In this document: positions 20,817-30,208 of the stretch, piece after piece
Layout: each line of letters starts with the position of its first letter
How positions within the stretch are numbered: position 1 is the first letter of the stretch
Source: a virus
Taxonomy: Duplodnaviria > Heunggongvirae > Uroviricota > Caudoviricetes
Direction: 5' to 3' (one strand)
DNA: 64,000 nt
Virus record (IMG/VR): IMGVR_UViG_3300010234_000001
Coordinates: 114,612-178,611 of that record
The notes under the pieces: generated by a model
The model's database searches: none
The model's input: the letters and a program-made list of their open reading frames with translations, nothing else
What the model was told of the DNA's origin: nothing
Made by a program: the position numbers and the translations under genes

Positions 20817-22209
20817 AAAACTAATCATTTTTGATCTTGACGGTGTATTAATTGACAGTCGGGAATATCATTTCGAAGCTTTAAACCGGGCGCTTCAACA
20901 AGTTGATCCGCAATACGTGATCAGCAAGGATGAACATCTTTCAACATACGACGGTTTATCAACCACTAAAAAATTGGAACTTCTTACTAAAAATAAGGGG
21001 CTTCCAAAAGAATCATATCAGCGTATATGGGAACTAAAACAAGAATACACCATAATTCTTTACGAAGAGAAAATAAAAACCAGTGCAAAGCTAATTGAAA
21101 TATTTCGAGAATTGCGTAATAGCAAGCGCGATTATTACATAGGCGTTGCTTCCAACAGTATCAAAAAGACAATGGACATAGCCCTTAAAGCCCTTGGTGT
21201 GAGAGCTATGATTGATTGTGTGGTCTCCAACGAAGATGTTGAAAAAACTAAACCATATCCGGCCATGTATTGGAAAATAATGAATGCTACACATGCAATT
21301 CCAAGCACAACGATCATAATTGAAGACAGTCATATCGGTCGTCAAGCGGCAATCGATAGTGGAGCTACGCTGCTCCCCGTGGAGAATCCGGACGATTTAA
21401 CACTTGACAAAGTGCTAGCGATGTGTGATAATCTGGAAAATAAAATGAATTCCGGAAAAAACATCCCTTGGCGGGACTCGAAGCTTAACGTTCTTATCCC
21501 TATGGCGGGTGCCGGTTCAAGGTTTCAGCAAGCCGGATATAGCTTCCCTAAACCGTTAATTGACGTGCGGGGTAAGCCTATGATCCAAGTGGTTGTTGAA
21601 AATTTGAATATCGAAGCTAACTTTATTTACATTGTTCAAAAAGAACACTATGACGAATATCACTTAAAGTACCTCCTAAACCTAATTACTCCGGGGTGTA
21701 CTATTGTGCAATTGGATGAAATTACGGAAGGTGCGGCTGAAACGGTGTTGACAGCCAAAGATCATATCAATAATGAAAATCCATTACTGATTGTAAATTC
21801 CGACCAATTCATCGAATGGAATTCAAACGAGGTCATGTACGCATTTAGCGCGGACCAAATTGATGGTGGTATTCTCACATTCAAAAGCACGCATCCGAAA
21901 TGGAGTTACGTCAAACTGGATGATCGGGGTTTTGTGAGCGAGCTTGCGGAAAAGAAAGTTATCAGCGATATTGCGACGGTGGGTATTTACTACTGGCGTT
22001 TCGGTGAAGACTTTGTTTGGAATGCGGAAGAAATGATGAACCACGACGATAAACGTATTAATGGTGAATGGTATGTCGCACCAGTCTTCCAAGAAGCTAT
22101 TGAAGATAGTGATGCGAAAATTCGAGTTAAACATATTGATAAGATGTGGGGACTTGGAACGCCGGAAGATTTACAATACTTCTTGAATAATTATAAAGGG
22201 AAAATTTAA
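20794..22209 (+). CDS. bifunctional HAD-family phosphatase / sugar-phosphate nucleotidyltransferase fusion
   Basis: N-terminal HAD motif I IIFDLDGVLIDS. C-terminal NTP-transferase motif LIPMAGAGSRF ... PKPLI. Confidence 0.55.
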   Translation: MESGNNYKKLIIFDLDGVLIDSREYHFEALNRALQQVDPQYVISKDEHLSTYDGLSTTKKLELLTKNKGLPKESYQRIWELKQEYTIILYEEKIKTSAKLIEIFRELRNSKRDYYIGVASNSIKKTMDIALKALGVRAMIDCVVSNEDVEKTKPYPAMYWKIMNATHAIPSTTIIIEDSHIGRQAAIDSGATLLPVENPDDLTLDKVLAMCDNLENKMNSGKNIPWRDSKLNVLIPMAGAGSRFQQAGYSFPKPLIDVRGKPMIQVVVENLNIEANFIYIVQKEHYDEYHLKYLLNLITPGCTIVQLDEITEGAAETVLTAKDHINNENPLLIVNSDQFIEWNSNEVMYAFSADQIDGGILTFKSTHPKWSYVKLDDRGFVSELAEKKVISDIATVGIYYWRFGEDFVWNAEEMMNHDDKRINGEWYVAPVFQEAIEDSDAKIRVKHIDKMWGLGTPEDLQYFLNNYKGKI

Positions 22210-22784
22210 TGAGAATAGTTTTATTTGATAGAAATTGGGATATGGTTGATAAATGGAATAGGCATGTTGAAACATATAACAATTCTTTTCCGCTTCCATA
22301 TTTTTCTCAAGATGATATATCAACAAGACTTTGCCTAGTATCACAGGTTGATACTGATGCTATTGTATCACCCGCAAATTCATTCGGTGCTATGGATGGG
22401 GGTATTGATCTTGCGTATCTGAATGAATATGGCAAGGGACTGGCGGACAAGCTTCAGCAGAAAATAAAAGATGAATGCGAGTTTGAACAACTCCCGGTCG
22501 GAACCGCAGTATCGGTTGAAATTGATGGGTCCGCAGCATATCAGCCGCGATATTTGATTGCGGCACCAACAATGATAACCCCCCGCGCGATATCCGATGC
22601 GGACGTTATATGGCAAGCCACTGCCGCAGCATTGTTTGAAGCATGGAGACTAGGTGTGGGCAGTGTAGCCATTCCGGGCATGGGAACAGGCACGGGCGGC
22701 ATATCCAAGACTGTTGCCGCAAACCGCATGATTAACGCAATTGCTTACTGGAAGAGGAAGACTGATGCCCAGTGGAACGGATGA
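22209..22784 (+). CDS. macro-domain protein (ADP-ribose-binding / processing)
   Basis: TDAIVSPANSFGAMDGGIDLA resembles the macro-domain core. Confidence 0.5.
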   Translation: MRIVLFDRNWDMVDKWNRHVETYNNSFPLPYFSQDDISTRLCLVSQVDTDAIVSPANSFGAMDGGIDLAYLNEYGKGLADKLQQKIKDECEFEQLPVGTAVSVEIDGSAAYQPRYLIAAPTMITPRAISDADVIWQATAAALFEAWRLGVGSVAIPGMGTGTGGISKTVAANRMINAIAYWKRKTDAQWNG

Positions 22785-23097
22785 AAAAATAAACACAATC
22801 GGCATTGTTCGCGATCTGAAAAAGCGCGATCATGCATTGTTTAATACAAGTCCGGATATTGTTGCCGACACCAAGCGTTTTGGTGAAGAATTACGAGAAT
22901 TAGGGTTTGAGGTATTTTATATGCTATACCCAACGGGCGTGCATAAGAAAAAATCCATTGCGGCGGAAACGATCCGTATATTAGTTGACGAAAATGATAT
23001 GACGGATGCGGAATTTATGCGGCAAGTAGTGGACAAAGATAAAATCTATTTGTATGTGTATTCTAAAAAACTTAGAAAGGTGAGGTTTGCAACATGA
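22741..23097 (+). CDS. hypothetical protein
   Basis: 118-aa ORF. Confidence 0.3.
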   Translation: MLTGRGRLMPSGTDEKINTIGIVRDLKKRDHALFNTSPDIVADTKRFGEELRELGFEVFYMLYPTGVHKKKSIAAETIRILVDENDMTDAEFMRQVVDKDKIYLYVYSKKLRKVRFAT

Positions 23098-23279
23098 GAA
23101 CGGATATTAATTGGGCGAATTTGGGATTTTTGACGGTGGTAGCTATAGCTGTCGGCATACTTTCCGTTGCCTTGTTTCCCACACCGATAAACATATTGTT
23201 TTCCGGTGCTGTTAGCGGAATCATTGGTTTCACAATGGCTAAATTAGGATATTATATATTTGAATCTAGGAATCATTAA
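23094..23279 (+). CDS. small membrane protein
   Basis: 61 aa with two hydrophobic segments. Confidence 0.3.
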   Translation: MRTDINWANLGFLTVVAIAVGILSVALFPTPINILFSGAVSGIIGFTMAKLGYYIFESRNH

Positions 23280-24110
23280 ATGAAAAATTTTGAAAAGAAA
23301 GAGCGAGTTGAGATTGCCCCTAATGGGGTATTCCAACTGTACGGCGATCCGCTGGAAAAAGAAACCGAAGACCAGATGGTTGCCTATGCGCAAATGGCAA
23401 AGAGCTTTATGAACAAGCCATTCCGTTCGCCGCTGGATATTGTTGGCAACATCGAATGGCATGAAGAATTTCCATACGAAGGATATTTGTTTGGTGAACT
23501 AGGCACATTAAAGCGGTCGAATCGAATCATTGACTTCGGATGCGGTCCGGGGCGCATGATCAAGCGGGTCAATAAGTTATTTGATTGGGTTGACGGAATC
23601 GATATTTCCGATTATGCTATTGAATGGTCAAAACAACAGCCGGAATTTGAGGGTAATGATTTCTATATTTCGTCCGGGTTGGATGTTGGCCGCGCACCGG
23701 AAAACAACTACAATATTGTTTTCTCAACAATTTCGATGCAGCACATTCCATCCAGACTTATTCGTCGCAACATCATGCGGGGCATGTTTAACCTTTTGGT
23801 TAAAGACGGCTGGATTACGTTGCAGATGGCATATCATCCGGACTATGAAGCGGGTAAATGGAGTCACGACACGGAGCACGCGACATACGAAGCGGATTTC
23901 CTAGGGGCGGCGGCCACAAATGGTCATGCGGATGTTGTTATCAACGAACCAGATTTACCATTGCTAAAACAGGATATCGAAGATATTGGTTTTTCGAACG
24001 TAGAGTTTACGCATGTCAACGTGGAAGAGCTATACGCAAATCTTAATGGTCAGAGCCATGCACCTTATTGGGCGCGGGATTGGCTCTTTATTCGCGGACA
24101 GAAAAAATAA
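23280..24110 (+). CDS. class I SAM-dependent methyltransferase
   Basis: Motif I IIDFGCGPGRM. Confidence 0.55.
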   Translation: MKNFEKKERVEIAPNGVFQLYGDPLEKETEDQMVAYAQMAKSFMNKPFRSPLDIVGNIEWHEEFPYEGYLFGELGTLKRSNRIIDFGCGPGRMIKRVNKLFDWVDGIDISDYAIEWSKQQPEFEGNDFYISSGLDVGRAPENNYNIVFSTISMQHIPSRLIRRNIMRGMFNLLVKDGWITLQMAYHPDYEAGKWSHDTEHATYEADFLGAAATNGHADVVINEPDLPLLKQDIEDIGFSNVEFTHVNVEELYANLNGQSHAPYWARDWLFIRGQKK

Positions 24111-24119
24111 TAGGAGAAT

Positions 24120-24356
24120 ATGATGGATATTTTTACAATAGTAATTGTTGGACTTACAGTGTATCTTTTTCTTGACATGTTTAATAATGCGCGGAATAAA
24201 GTAAAAGAACCGGAAGTCAGAAAAGAACGAGTAGAAGAGCTATGGGAAACTATATGCGAACATACAACCGTAGTAAATGACAAACTGCGCGATATGCAGG
24301 AAGAAATTATTGCCTTGCGCAAAGAACTTGAAAAGAATGCCGATGAAAAAGTTTAG
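24120..24356 (+). CDS. hypothetical protein (N-terminal TM, coiled coil)
   Basis: 78-aa ORF. Confidence 0.3.
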   Translation: MMDIFTIVIVGLTVYLFLDMFNNARNKVKEPEVRKERVEELWETICEHTTVVNDKLRDMQEEIIALRKELEKNADEKV

Positions 24357-24696
24357 TATGAAAGATTTTAATGGTGGGTGGATTATCGGAGACTTTAGTC
24401 GATCCGTCCATCGCACAAAGGATTTTGAAGTCGGTCATAAGGCATTCAAGAAAGGTGAATATCATGCCCCGCACTATCATGCTATAGCGACGGAATATAA
24501 TATAGTCACTAAAGGAAAGGTGAAGGTCAATGGAAAGAAAATCAAGAAGAGTGAAATGTTTATAATGTCACCCGGCGATGTTTTACATATCGATTTTCTG
24601 AAAGATACGGAAATCACTGTTGTTAAAATTCCGTCATTGCCATTCGACAAGTTCATGATAAAAGAAGATGATTATATTGGGGCGGAACATGAGTGA
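24337..24696 (+). CDS. cupin-domain protein (possible sugar isomerase/epimerase)
   Basis: Cupin motif YHAPHYH ... E ... GK. Confidence 0.45.
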   Translation: MPMKKFSMKDFNGGWIIGDFSRSVHRTKDFEVGHKAFKKGEYHAPHYHAIATEYNIVTKGKVKVNGKKIKKSEMFIMSPGDVLHIDFLKDTEITVVKIPSLPFDKFMIKEDDYIGAEHE

Positions 24697-24772
24697 CGAA
24701 GAACTTAGAACATGGCTGGTTATTCTTGTGGCTATAATCGTCGTCTTAATTGTTTTTATATAGGAGAATGAA

Positions 24773-24958
24773 ATGAACCCACGCGATGAAGCAGCCCTTA
24801 TTATAATATTATTCATAATATTTTGTATATTCTTTTTGTTTGCAATCTTCTCCGGACCATTAGCGGTATTTGGAGTTTGCTTGTTAGGAATTGTATTATT
24901 AATATTGGGATTCCCGGAACCGCTTATGAAAATTATACATGGAGACAAGAGAGATTAA
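24773..24958 (+). CDS. small membrane protein
   Basis: 61 aa, hydrophobic. Confidence 0.3.
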   Translation: MNPRDEAALIIILFIIFCIFFLFAIFSGPLAVFGVCLLGIVLLILGFPEPLMKIIHGDKRD

Positions 24959-25196
24959 CATGAAAAAAGTGACGTATATTGACTGTGACAATTATGGTGC
25001 AGTATTTGTGAATGACGATATTTTTTATTATGACGATGAATATAATCTTGATTTTGAATGGGTATCAAAATTTATGATGGACCAAAAACCGGATGAAGTT
25101 ATCTATAAGAATGTTGATCTTAACTGGCTTGAAAGTCTTTGGGATAATGGTAAAGATATTCATAATCTAAAACTATCGGAATGGAAATTTAAATAA
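24939..25196 (+). CDS. hypothetical protein
   Basis: 85-aa ORF. Confidence 0.3.
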   Translation: METREINMKKVTYIDCDNYGAVFVNDDIFYYDDEYNLDFEWVSKFMMDQKPDEVIYKNVDLNWLESLWDNGKDIHNLKLSEWKFK

Positions 25197-26035
25197 TGAT
25201 AAATTTTACTAATGAAAAGACTATTAAGAGCGTAGTGCCGGAATGTGAGGTATGGATTTTAACATTCAACAGACCGGACGCATTGAATAGGCTTGTCGAA
25301 AATTTCGGCAAACAAGGAATGACGGTTAACATATTCAGCAATTATCCGGAACTAAATTTGCGTCCGGATTTACGCGAGCAATACGTCAACCAGCTTATTT
25401 TCAATACGCTAAATTCGAAGGAAAGCAGTTCTTGGTGCGCCAGATCATGGAATACAATCATGATGAAAGCGTTTGAAAACCCGAATGTGACTGAAGCAAT
25501 TCTAATTCAAGATGATACGAATATTGGTCCCGACTTTGTTAGCTGGTTTAAGCTACAGAGAAGACATTATAGTTTTATTTGGGGACCGGCCGGTGACCAA
25601 TTTCATTTTTTAAGAAAAAACATACTACAACAAACAGGATGGTGGGATGAGAGATATATTGGGTGTTATTGTGGAGACGCTGATTATGTTAAGCGTGTGT
25701 ATTTTACTAGCAATACTAGCTATATTAGTGTTACCGATAGTCATAATTGGGGTTTCAATATTAATGACTGTGGACTTGCTAACCACGTCATCACCGAATA
25801 CCAATCGAAGCTCATTGGGGGAAACTATGAAAATCAACATTGGCAATTCGAATCAATCGACAAAGAAAACCCAACCATACGCGCCAGCCAGCAACACTTC
25901 CGTGAAAAATGGGGAGTCGAACTGGACAATAATGAGCCAGTAATTAATTCATACGAACGAAAATTGAATGAAATTGATTGGTACCCATGGTTTAGCAAGA
26001 AACACGAAATAGAGACGCATAATGGAATCAAATAA
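25196..26035 (+). CDS. putative GT-A-fold glycosyltransferase
   Basis: ILTFNRPDAL N-terminal pattern and ILIQDDTNIGPDF acidic motif. Confidence 0.4.
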   Translation: MINFTNEKTIKSVVPECEVWILTFNRPDALNRLVENFGKQGMTVNIFSNYPELNLRPDLREQYVNQLIFNTLNSKESSSWCARSWNTIMMKAFENPNVTEAILIQDDTNIGPDFVSWFKLQRRHYSFIWGPAGDQFHFLRKNILQQTGWWDERYIGCYCGDADYVKRVYFTSNTSYISVTDSHNWGFNINDCGLANHVITEYQSKLIGGNYENQHWQFESIDKENPTIRASQQHFREKWGVELDNNEPVINSYERKLNEIDWYPWFSKKHEIETHNGIK

Positions 26036-27338
26036 CTTTATGGATACATGGATGGATGAAGATAGAATATCCACGGCAAACTTGTTTGTTCGGCAAACAG
26101 TAACAATAGTTGGCGGGGCGGGACATATAGGTTTGCCCCTTAGCACTCTTATTGCCGATTCCGGACATATAGCAAACGTGTGGGATACCGACGACATAAA
26201 GATTCGTAAAATGTTTAAGAATGGATATCCATACAAAGAAAATGATGGCGGGGAAGTCGTAAATAAGTTCCATGAATTGTTACACCTACGACTTCTTTTC
26301 AATTCGGAAGATGCTTTTAGGAAGAGTAGTACAATTGTCGTTACTTTAGGAACACCAATTGATAGTGAATTGGATGTACCCGATACAAGTCAGCTAGAAA
26401 GTTTCATTGAACAAAATTTCTATACGCTATTGAACATAAAAATCAAACCGTTAATTATTTTGCGATCAACCCTATATCCGGGCGCAACTGAAATAATTGC
26501 AAAGATATTAGAGAGAAAATTGAAGTGGACCGAAGGTCGTCACTACAATCTTGTTTTTGCACCGGAGCGTATTGCCCAAAACAATGGCTTCAGGGAAATC
26601 AAAGAACTTCCCCAAATAGTTGGTTCGTTTAACGAAGAAGGGGCGAATCTTGCACGAACATTCTTCCACTCTATTGGAGTGGGGACTGTTCTAGATACGG
26701 GAGTGAGGGAAGCGGAATACGCTAAGCTGATGACAAACATGTATCGGTATGTCACGTTCGGACTGGCTAACGAGTTCTATAAGATGGGATTCGAGGATAG
26801 GGTTGATGTGCACAAGGCAATAGAAATAGCGAATTTTGACTATCCCCGAATGAATCTCCCAAAACCGGGAAGTAATGTTGGCGGTCCATGCCTATTTAAA
26901 GATGGTAAGTTCTTTTTATCCAACGATAACGGGGGAAGCATAATTAATTCCGCCCATTGGGTTAATCAGAGCATGCCAAACTGGATAATAAGTAAAATCG
27001 AATGGATGAATGAATTCATTCACAAACCCAATAATGTTTTAATTTTAGGTGAAGCGTTCAAAGCGGAATCGGATGATACTAGACATTCATTAACTCATAA
27101 GATGAAGCGTCTATGCGAACTTAAAGGATGGGGGGTTGATATTTACGATCCTTATACGAAGAATAATAAAGAACTATATTGGAAAACGTATAACGTAGTT
27201 ATTGTCATGACTCCGCATGAGTTGTTCAATACGGATCAATATTGGAATAGTTTTAGTGATAATATACTTATTATCGATCCGTGGAAACATCTGGAAATAT
27301 CAAAAGAGGATAATTACGGGATTTACATGTATAAATGA
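26022..27338 (+). CDS. UDP-glucose/GDP-mannose dehydrogenase family (nucleotide-sugar dehydrogenase)
   Basis: N-terminal Rossmann VTIVGGAGHIGLP. Catalytic-Cys motif GGPCLFKD, similar to UDPGDH GGSCFPKD. Confidence 0.65.
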   Translation: MESNNFMDTWMDEDRISTANLFVRQTVTIVGGAGHIGLPLSTLIADSGHIANVWDTDDIKIRKMFKNGYPYKENDGGEVVNKFHELLHLRLLFNSEDAFRKSSTIVVTLGTPIDSELDVPDTSQLESFIEQNFYTLLNIKIKPLIILRSTLYPGATEIIAKILERKLKWTEGRHYNLVFAPERIAQNNGFREIKELPQIVGSFNEEGANLARTFFHSIGVGTVLDTGVREAEYAKLMTNMYRYVTFGLANEFYKMGFEDRVDVHKAIEIANFDYPRMNLPKPGSNVGGPCLFKDGKFFLSNDNGGSIINSAHWVNQSMPNWIISKIEWMNEFIHKPNNVLILGEAFKAESDDTRHSLTHKMKRLCELKGWGVDIYDPYTKNNKELYWKTYNVVIVMTPHELFNTDQYWNSFSDNILIIDPWKHLEISKEDNYGIYMYK

Positions 27339-28372
27339 GTAAAGAAACAATATTAATAACAGGATCGGAAGGATCGCTAATGCAAGCGGTTCTTCCAAAA
27401 TTAACAAATAAATATAATGTGGTCGGGGTTGATATGAAACTCGGATCAATGAAAAATAACGATGACAAGATGAAATATCTTAGCGGTATTGGGGATGGTT
27501 ATCTATTCAAGAAGGGCGATTTAGCGAATGAAGACTTTGTGGCAGAGATTATTGCCGAGACCAGACCTAGGTATATTATACAGGCTGCTGCTAGGATTTA
27601 CGGAGTTGGCGGTTTTAATGCTAATTGTGCTGATATCCTTGGCGATGATATTACGCTTCATCGTAACGTTCTGAAGTATGCTAAGGAATTTGGAACGGAA
27701 CGGGTTGTATATATTAGTTCGTCCATGGTGTATGAGGGACTTGGGGATAATGATGGATGGCCCGTTAGGGAAGAACAGGTTGTCAACGACGGCAAACATT
27801 TTGTACCAAAAACAGATTATGGACTAAGCAAGCTTGTGGGGGAAAGACTGTCCAGAGCGTATTTCATGCAATACGGATTAAATTTCACGATCTGGCGACC
27901 ATTCAATATCATAACCCCATTTGAATATGCGAGCAAAGAAGAGGTTGGAATCAGTCACGTATTCGCCGACTTCATTCGAATGATCGTGGAGAACGAAATG
28001 AATCCCATGCCTATTCTTGGGGATGGTAACCAAATCCGATGCTTTACATGGATAGACGACGTGGCGCAAGCCATCGCGGACCACTCTTTCCTTGACACAA
28101 CGGAGAATAGCATGTATAATTTGGGTCGTCGCGAACCGGTGACGATGCGGGAGCTAGCAACGAAAATTCATAATCGGTACCAAAGAAAAATGGGTCTCAA
28201 GAAAACAACCCTTGACTTTCTCCCCGGAACGGGTTATGATAATGATGTGCTGGTGAGAGTTCCGAATGTTGACTTGGCGGAACACCTACTCGGATGGAGA
28301 GCGTCCGTCAGCGTAGACGAAGCAATTAATCGTTGTGTGGATCACTACATAATGAAAACAATTAAATGGTAA
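27335..28372 (+). CDS. NAD-dependent epimerase/dehydratase (SDR family)
   Basis: ILITGSEGSL Rossmann segment and YGLSK (YxxxK) catalytic motif. Confidence 0.7.
   Translation: MSKETILITGSEGSLMQAVLPKLTNKYNVVGVDMKLGSMKNNDDKMKYLSGIGDGYLFKKGDLANEDFVAEIIAETRPRYIIQAAARIYGVGGFNANCADILGDDITLHRNVLKYAKEFGTERVVYISSSMVYEGLGDNDGWPVREEQVVNDGKHFVPKTDYGLSKLVGERLSRAYFMQYGLNFTIWRPFNIITPFEYASKEEVGISHVFADFIRMIVENEMNPMPILGDGNQIRCFTWIDDVAQAIADHSFLDTTENSMYNLGRREPVTMRELATKIHNRYQRKMGLKKTTLDFLPGTGYDNDVLVRVPNVDLAEHLLGWRASVSVDEAINRCVDHYIMKTIKW
28092..28120 (+). promoter_or_regulatory. sigma70-like promoter inside the epimerase gene, ~250 nt upstream of pstS (TTGACA-17-TATAAT)
   Basis: Perfect TTGACA and TATAAT with a 17-nt spacer. 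Confidence 0.45.
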
Positions 28373-28373
28373 A

Positions 28374-29438
28374 ATGGAGATAATCTTGATGAAATTGACT
28401 ACATTAATCTTTGGCGGAATTTTGGCGGCTGCGGTCGCTGTTGCGCCAGTTCAAGCGAGGGAGCAAATTTCGATTGTTGGTTCCTCAACCGTATTCCCGT
28501 ATACGCAAGCCGTTGCGGAAGAGTTCGTAAATCTGTATGGGTTTTCCGCTCCGGTCGTGGAAGCGACCGGAACGGGCGGTGGAATGAAGTTATTCTGCGC
28601 TGGCGTGGGTGAAAACACCCCGGATTTGACGGGCGCATCGCGGGCAATCAAAGACAGCGAGGCGGAACTTTGCGCTAAGAATGGCGTCGAGTATGCGGAA
28701 GTTCTTGTTGGATATGATGGAATTGTTATAGCGCAGTCTCTTAGTGGAGAGCCGATTGAATTATCCGTCACATCATTATTTGCTGCTCTTGCCTCCGATA
28801 TTCCATCATTTCCCGATGGAAGCGAGATTGTGACAAATCCAACACAAAAATGGAATGATGTGTGGGATAAATATCCGGATACGAGAATTATTGTATACGG
28901 TCCTCCCCCAACATCAGGAACGCGGGATGCATTCGTGGAGTTGGCACTTGAAGTTGGATGTAATCGGTCCCTAGACTATCTTGGATATAGCATCGATGAT
29001 GTTACTAACATTGCATCGCGAGTGTTGGATGAAGATGCGCATGAACAAATTTGTAAGCGCATGCGCACGGACGGTCCTTTTATTGAAGCCGGTGAAAACG
29101 ATAATATTATCGTGCAGCGTTTGAATTCCGATCCGGAAGCTCTTGGTATCTTCGGTTACTCATTTCTGTTTGAGAATACGGATACGCTGCGCGGACTTAA
29201 CGTGAATGGTGTAGCACCATCCCGCGAAACAATCGCGGATGGCTCTTATCCACTATCAAGACCGCTATATTTTTATGTGAAACTTAATCACATGGAAGCA
29301 ATTCCCGGTCTTGCCGACTTTGTTGCCGAGTATGTATCCGAAGAAGCATTCGGTGATGATGGATACCTTACCGAACGTGGTCTTGTCCCGCTTCCAATTA
29401 TCGAGCGTGACGATATCAGAGAAGAACTTGGATTATAA
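28374..29438 (+). CDS. pstS: phosphate-binding protein PstS (periplasmic ABC substrate-binding protein, auxiliary metabolic gene)
   Basis: Signal peptide followed by the PstS signatures SIVGSSTVFPY and ATGTGGG ... DLTGASRAIKDSE. Confidence 0.7.
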   Translation: MEIILMKLTTLIFGGILAAAVAVAPVQAREQISIVGSSTVFPYTQAVAEEFVNLYGFSAPVVEATGTGGGMKLFCAGVGENTPDLTGASRAIKDSEAELCAKNGVEYAEVLVGYDGIVIAQSLSGEPIELSVTSLFAALASDIPSFPDGSEIVTNPTQKWNDVWDKYPDTRIIVYGPPPTSGTRDAFVELALEVGCNRSLDYLGYSIDDVTNIASRVLDEDAHEQICKRMRTDGPFIEAGENDNIIVQRLNSDPEALGIFGYSFLFENTDTLRGLNVNGVAPSRETIADGSYPLSRPLYFYVKLNHMEAIPGLADFVAEYVSEEAFGDDGYLTERGLVPLPIIERDDIREELGL

Positions 29439-29439
29439 G

Positions 29440-29643
29440 ATGAAAGAACATTTTTACGAAGGTCAAAAAAACGATTCAGTGGAGAGTTCCCCAACCGGCG
29501 CTCTTCGTTTCGTGGAAAATGCTGAAGGACGAAAAATCCTCCAGCAAGAATTCCGTTTAGTCAGAAAACGACATACGGAAAATAACACTACTTTCTTTGA
29601 CACAATAACAGAATGGGTGGAAGTTCCGCTTGTGAGTGAATAA
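29440..29643 (+). CDS. hypothetical protein
   Basis: ATG directly after the pstS stop. The longer alternative start overlaps pstS. Confidence 0.3.
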   Translation: MKEHFYEGQKNDSVESSPTGALRFVENAEGRKILQQEFRLVRKRHTENNTTFFDTITEWVEVPLVSE

Positions 29644-29669
29644 GACATATATAGTATATAGAGTAACAT

Positions 29670-29744
29670 GCGTGCGTAGTGCTAGTGGTAACACGTCTGG
29701 CTTCCAACCAGAAATTGCAGGTTCGATTCCTGTCGCCCGCACCA
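29670..29744 (+). tRNA. tRNA-Gly (anticodon TCC)
   Basis: Acceptor gcgtgcg/cgcccgc with one U-C mismatch. Anticodon stem tctgg/ccaga, loop ctTCCaa, T-loop ttcgatt, CCA encoded. Confidence 0.6.
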
Positions 29745-29760
29745 CTTTTTTAGGACTTTA

Positions 29761-30120
29761 ATGGATAATTTTTATCGATACAGAGCCATTGTGACGAACG
29801 TATATGATGGCGACACAATAACCGTAAACATAGACCTTGGTTTTAGCATATGGATGTTTGATCAGAAGCTAAGATTATTCGGCATCGACACTCCGGAATT
29901 GCGCGGAGAAGAGAGGGAAGAAGGATTAGTAGTTCGGGACTATGTTCGCGAGAAAATACCGGTTGGCAGTGATATTATTATTGAAACTGTCAAGGATAAG
30001 ACCGGCAAATACGGCAGATATTTGGCTACCGTATTCTACTACAATGCGTTATATGATGGATCAATTAATTTAAACGAAGAATTGCTAAAAAATAAAATGG
30101 CAAAGGTTTATGGGGATTAG
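29761..30120 (+). CDS. SNase-like (staphylococcal/thermonuclease-fold) nuclease
   Basis: YDGDTI ... LRLFGIDTPE motif. Confidence 0.6.
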   Translation: MDNFYRYRAIVTNVYDGDTITVNIDLGFSIWMFDQKLRLFGIDTPELRGEEREEGLVVRDYVREKIPVGSDIIIETVKDKTGKYGRYLATVFYYNALYDGSINLNEELLKNKMAKVYGD

Positions 30121-30185
30121 TCTAATTGGAAAAACGGCGGACTCTGACTCCGCAATTCAGGGTTCGAGTCCCTGATCCCCATCCA
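30111..30185 (+). tRNA. tRNA-Gln (anticodon CTG)
   Basis: Acceptor tggggat/atcccca, anticodon stem gcgga/tccgc, loop ctCTGac, T-arm caggg-ttcgagt-ccctg, CCA. Its 5' end overlaps the nuclease stop codon. D-stem is imperfect. Confidence 0.55.
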
Positions 30186-30208
30186 ATTTTTATACGAAAG
30201 AGACATTT

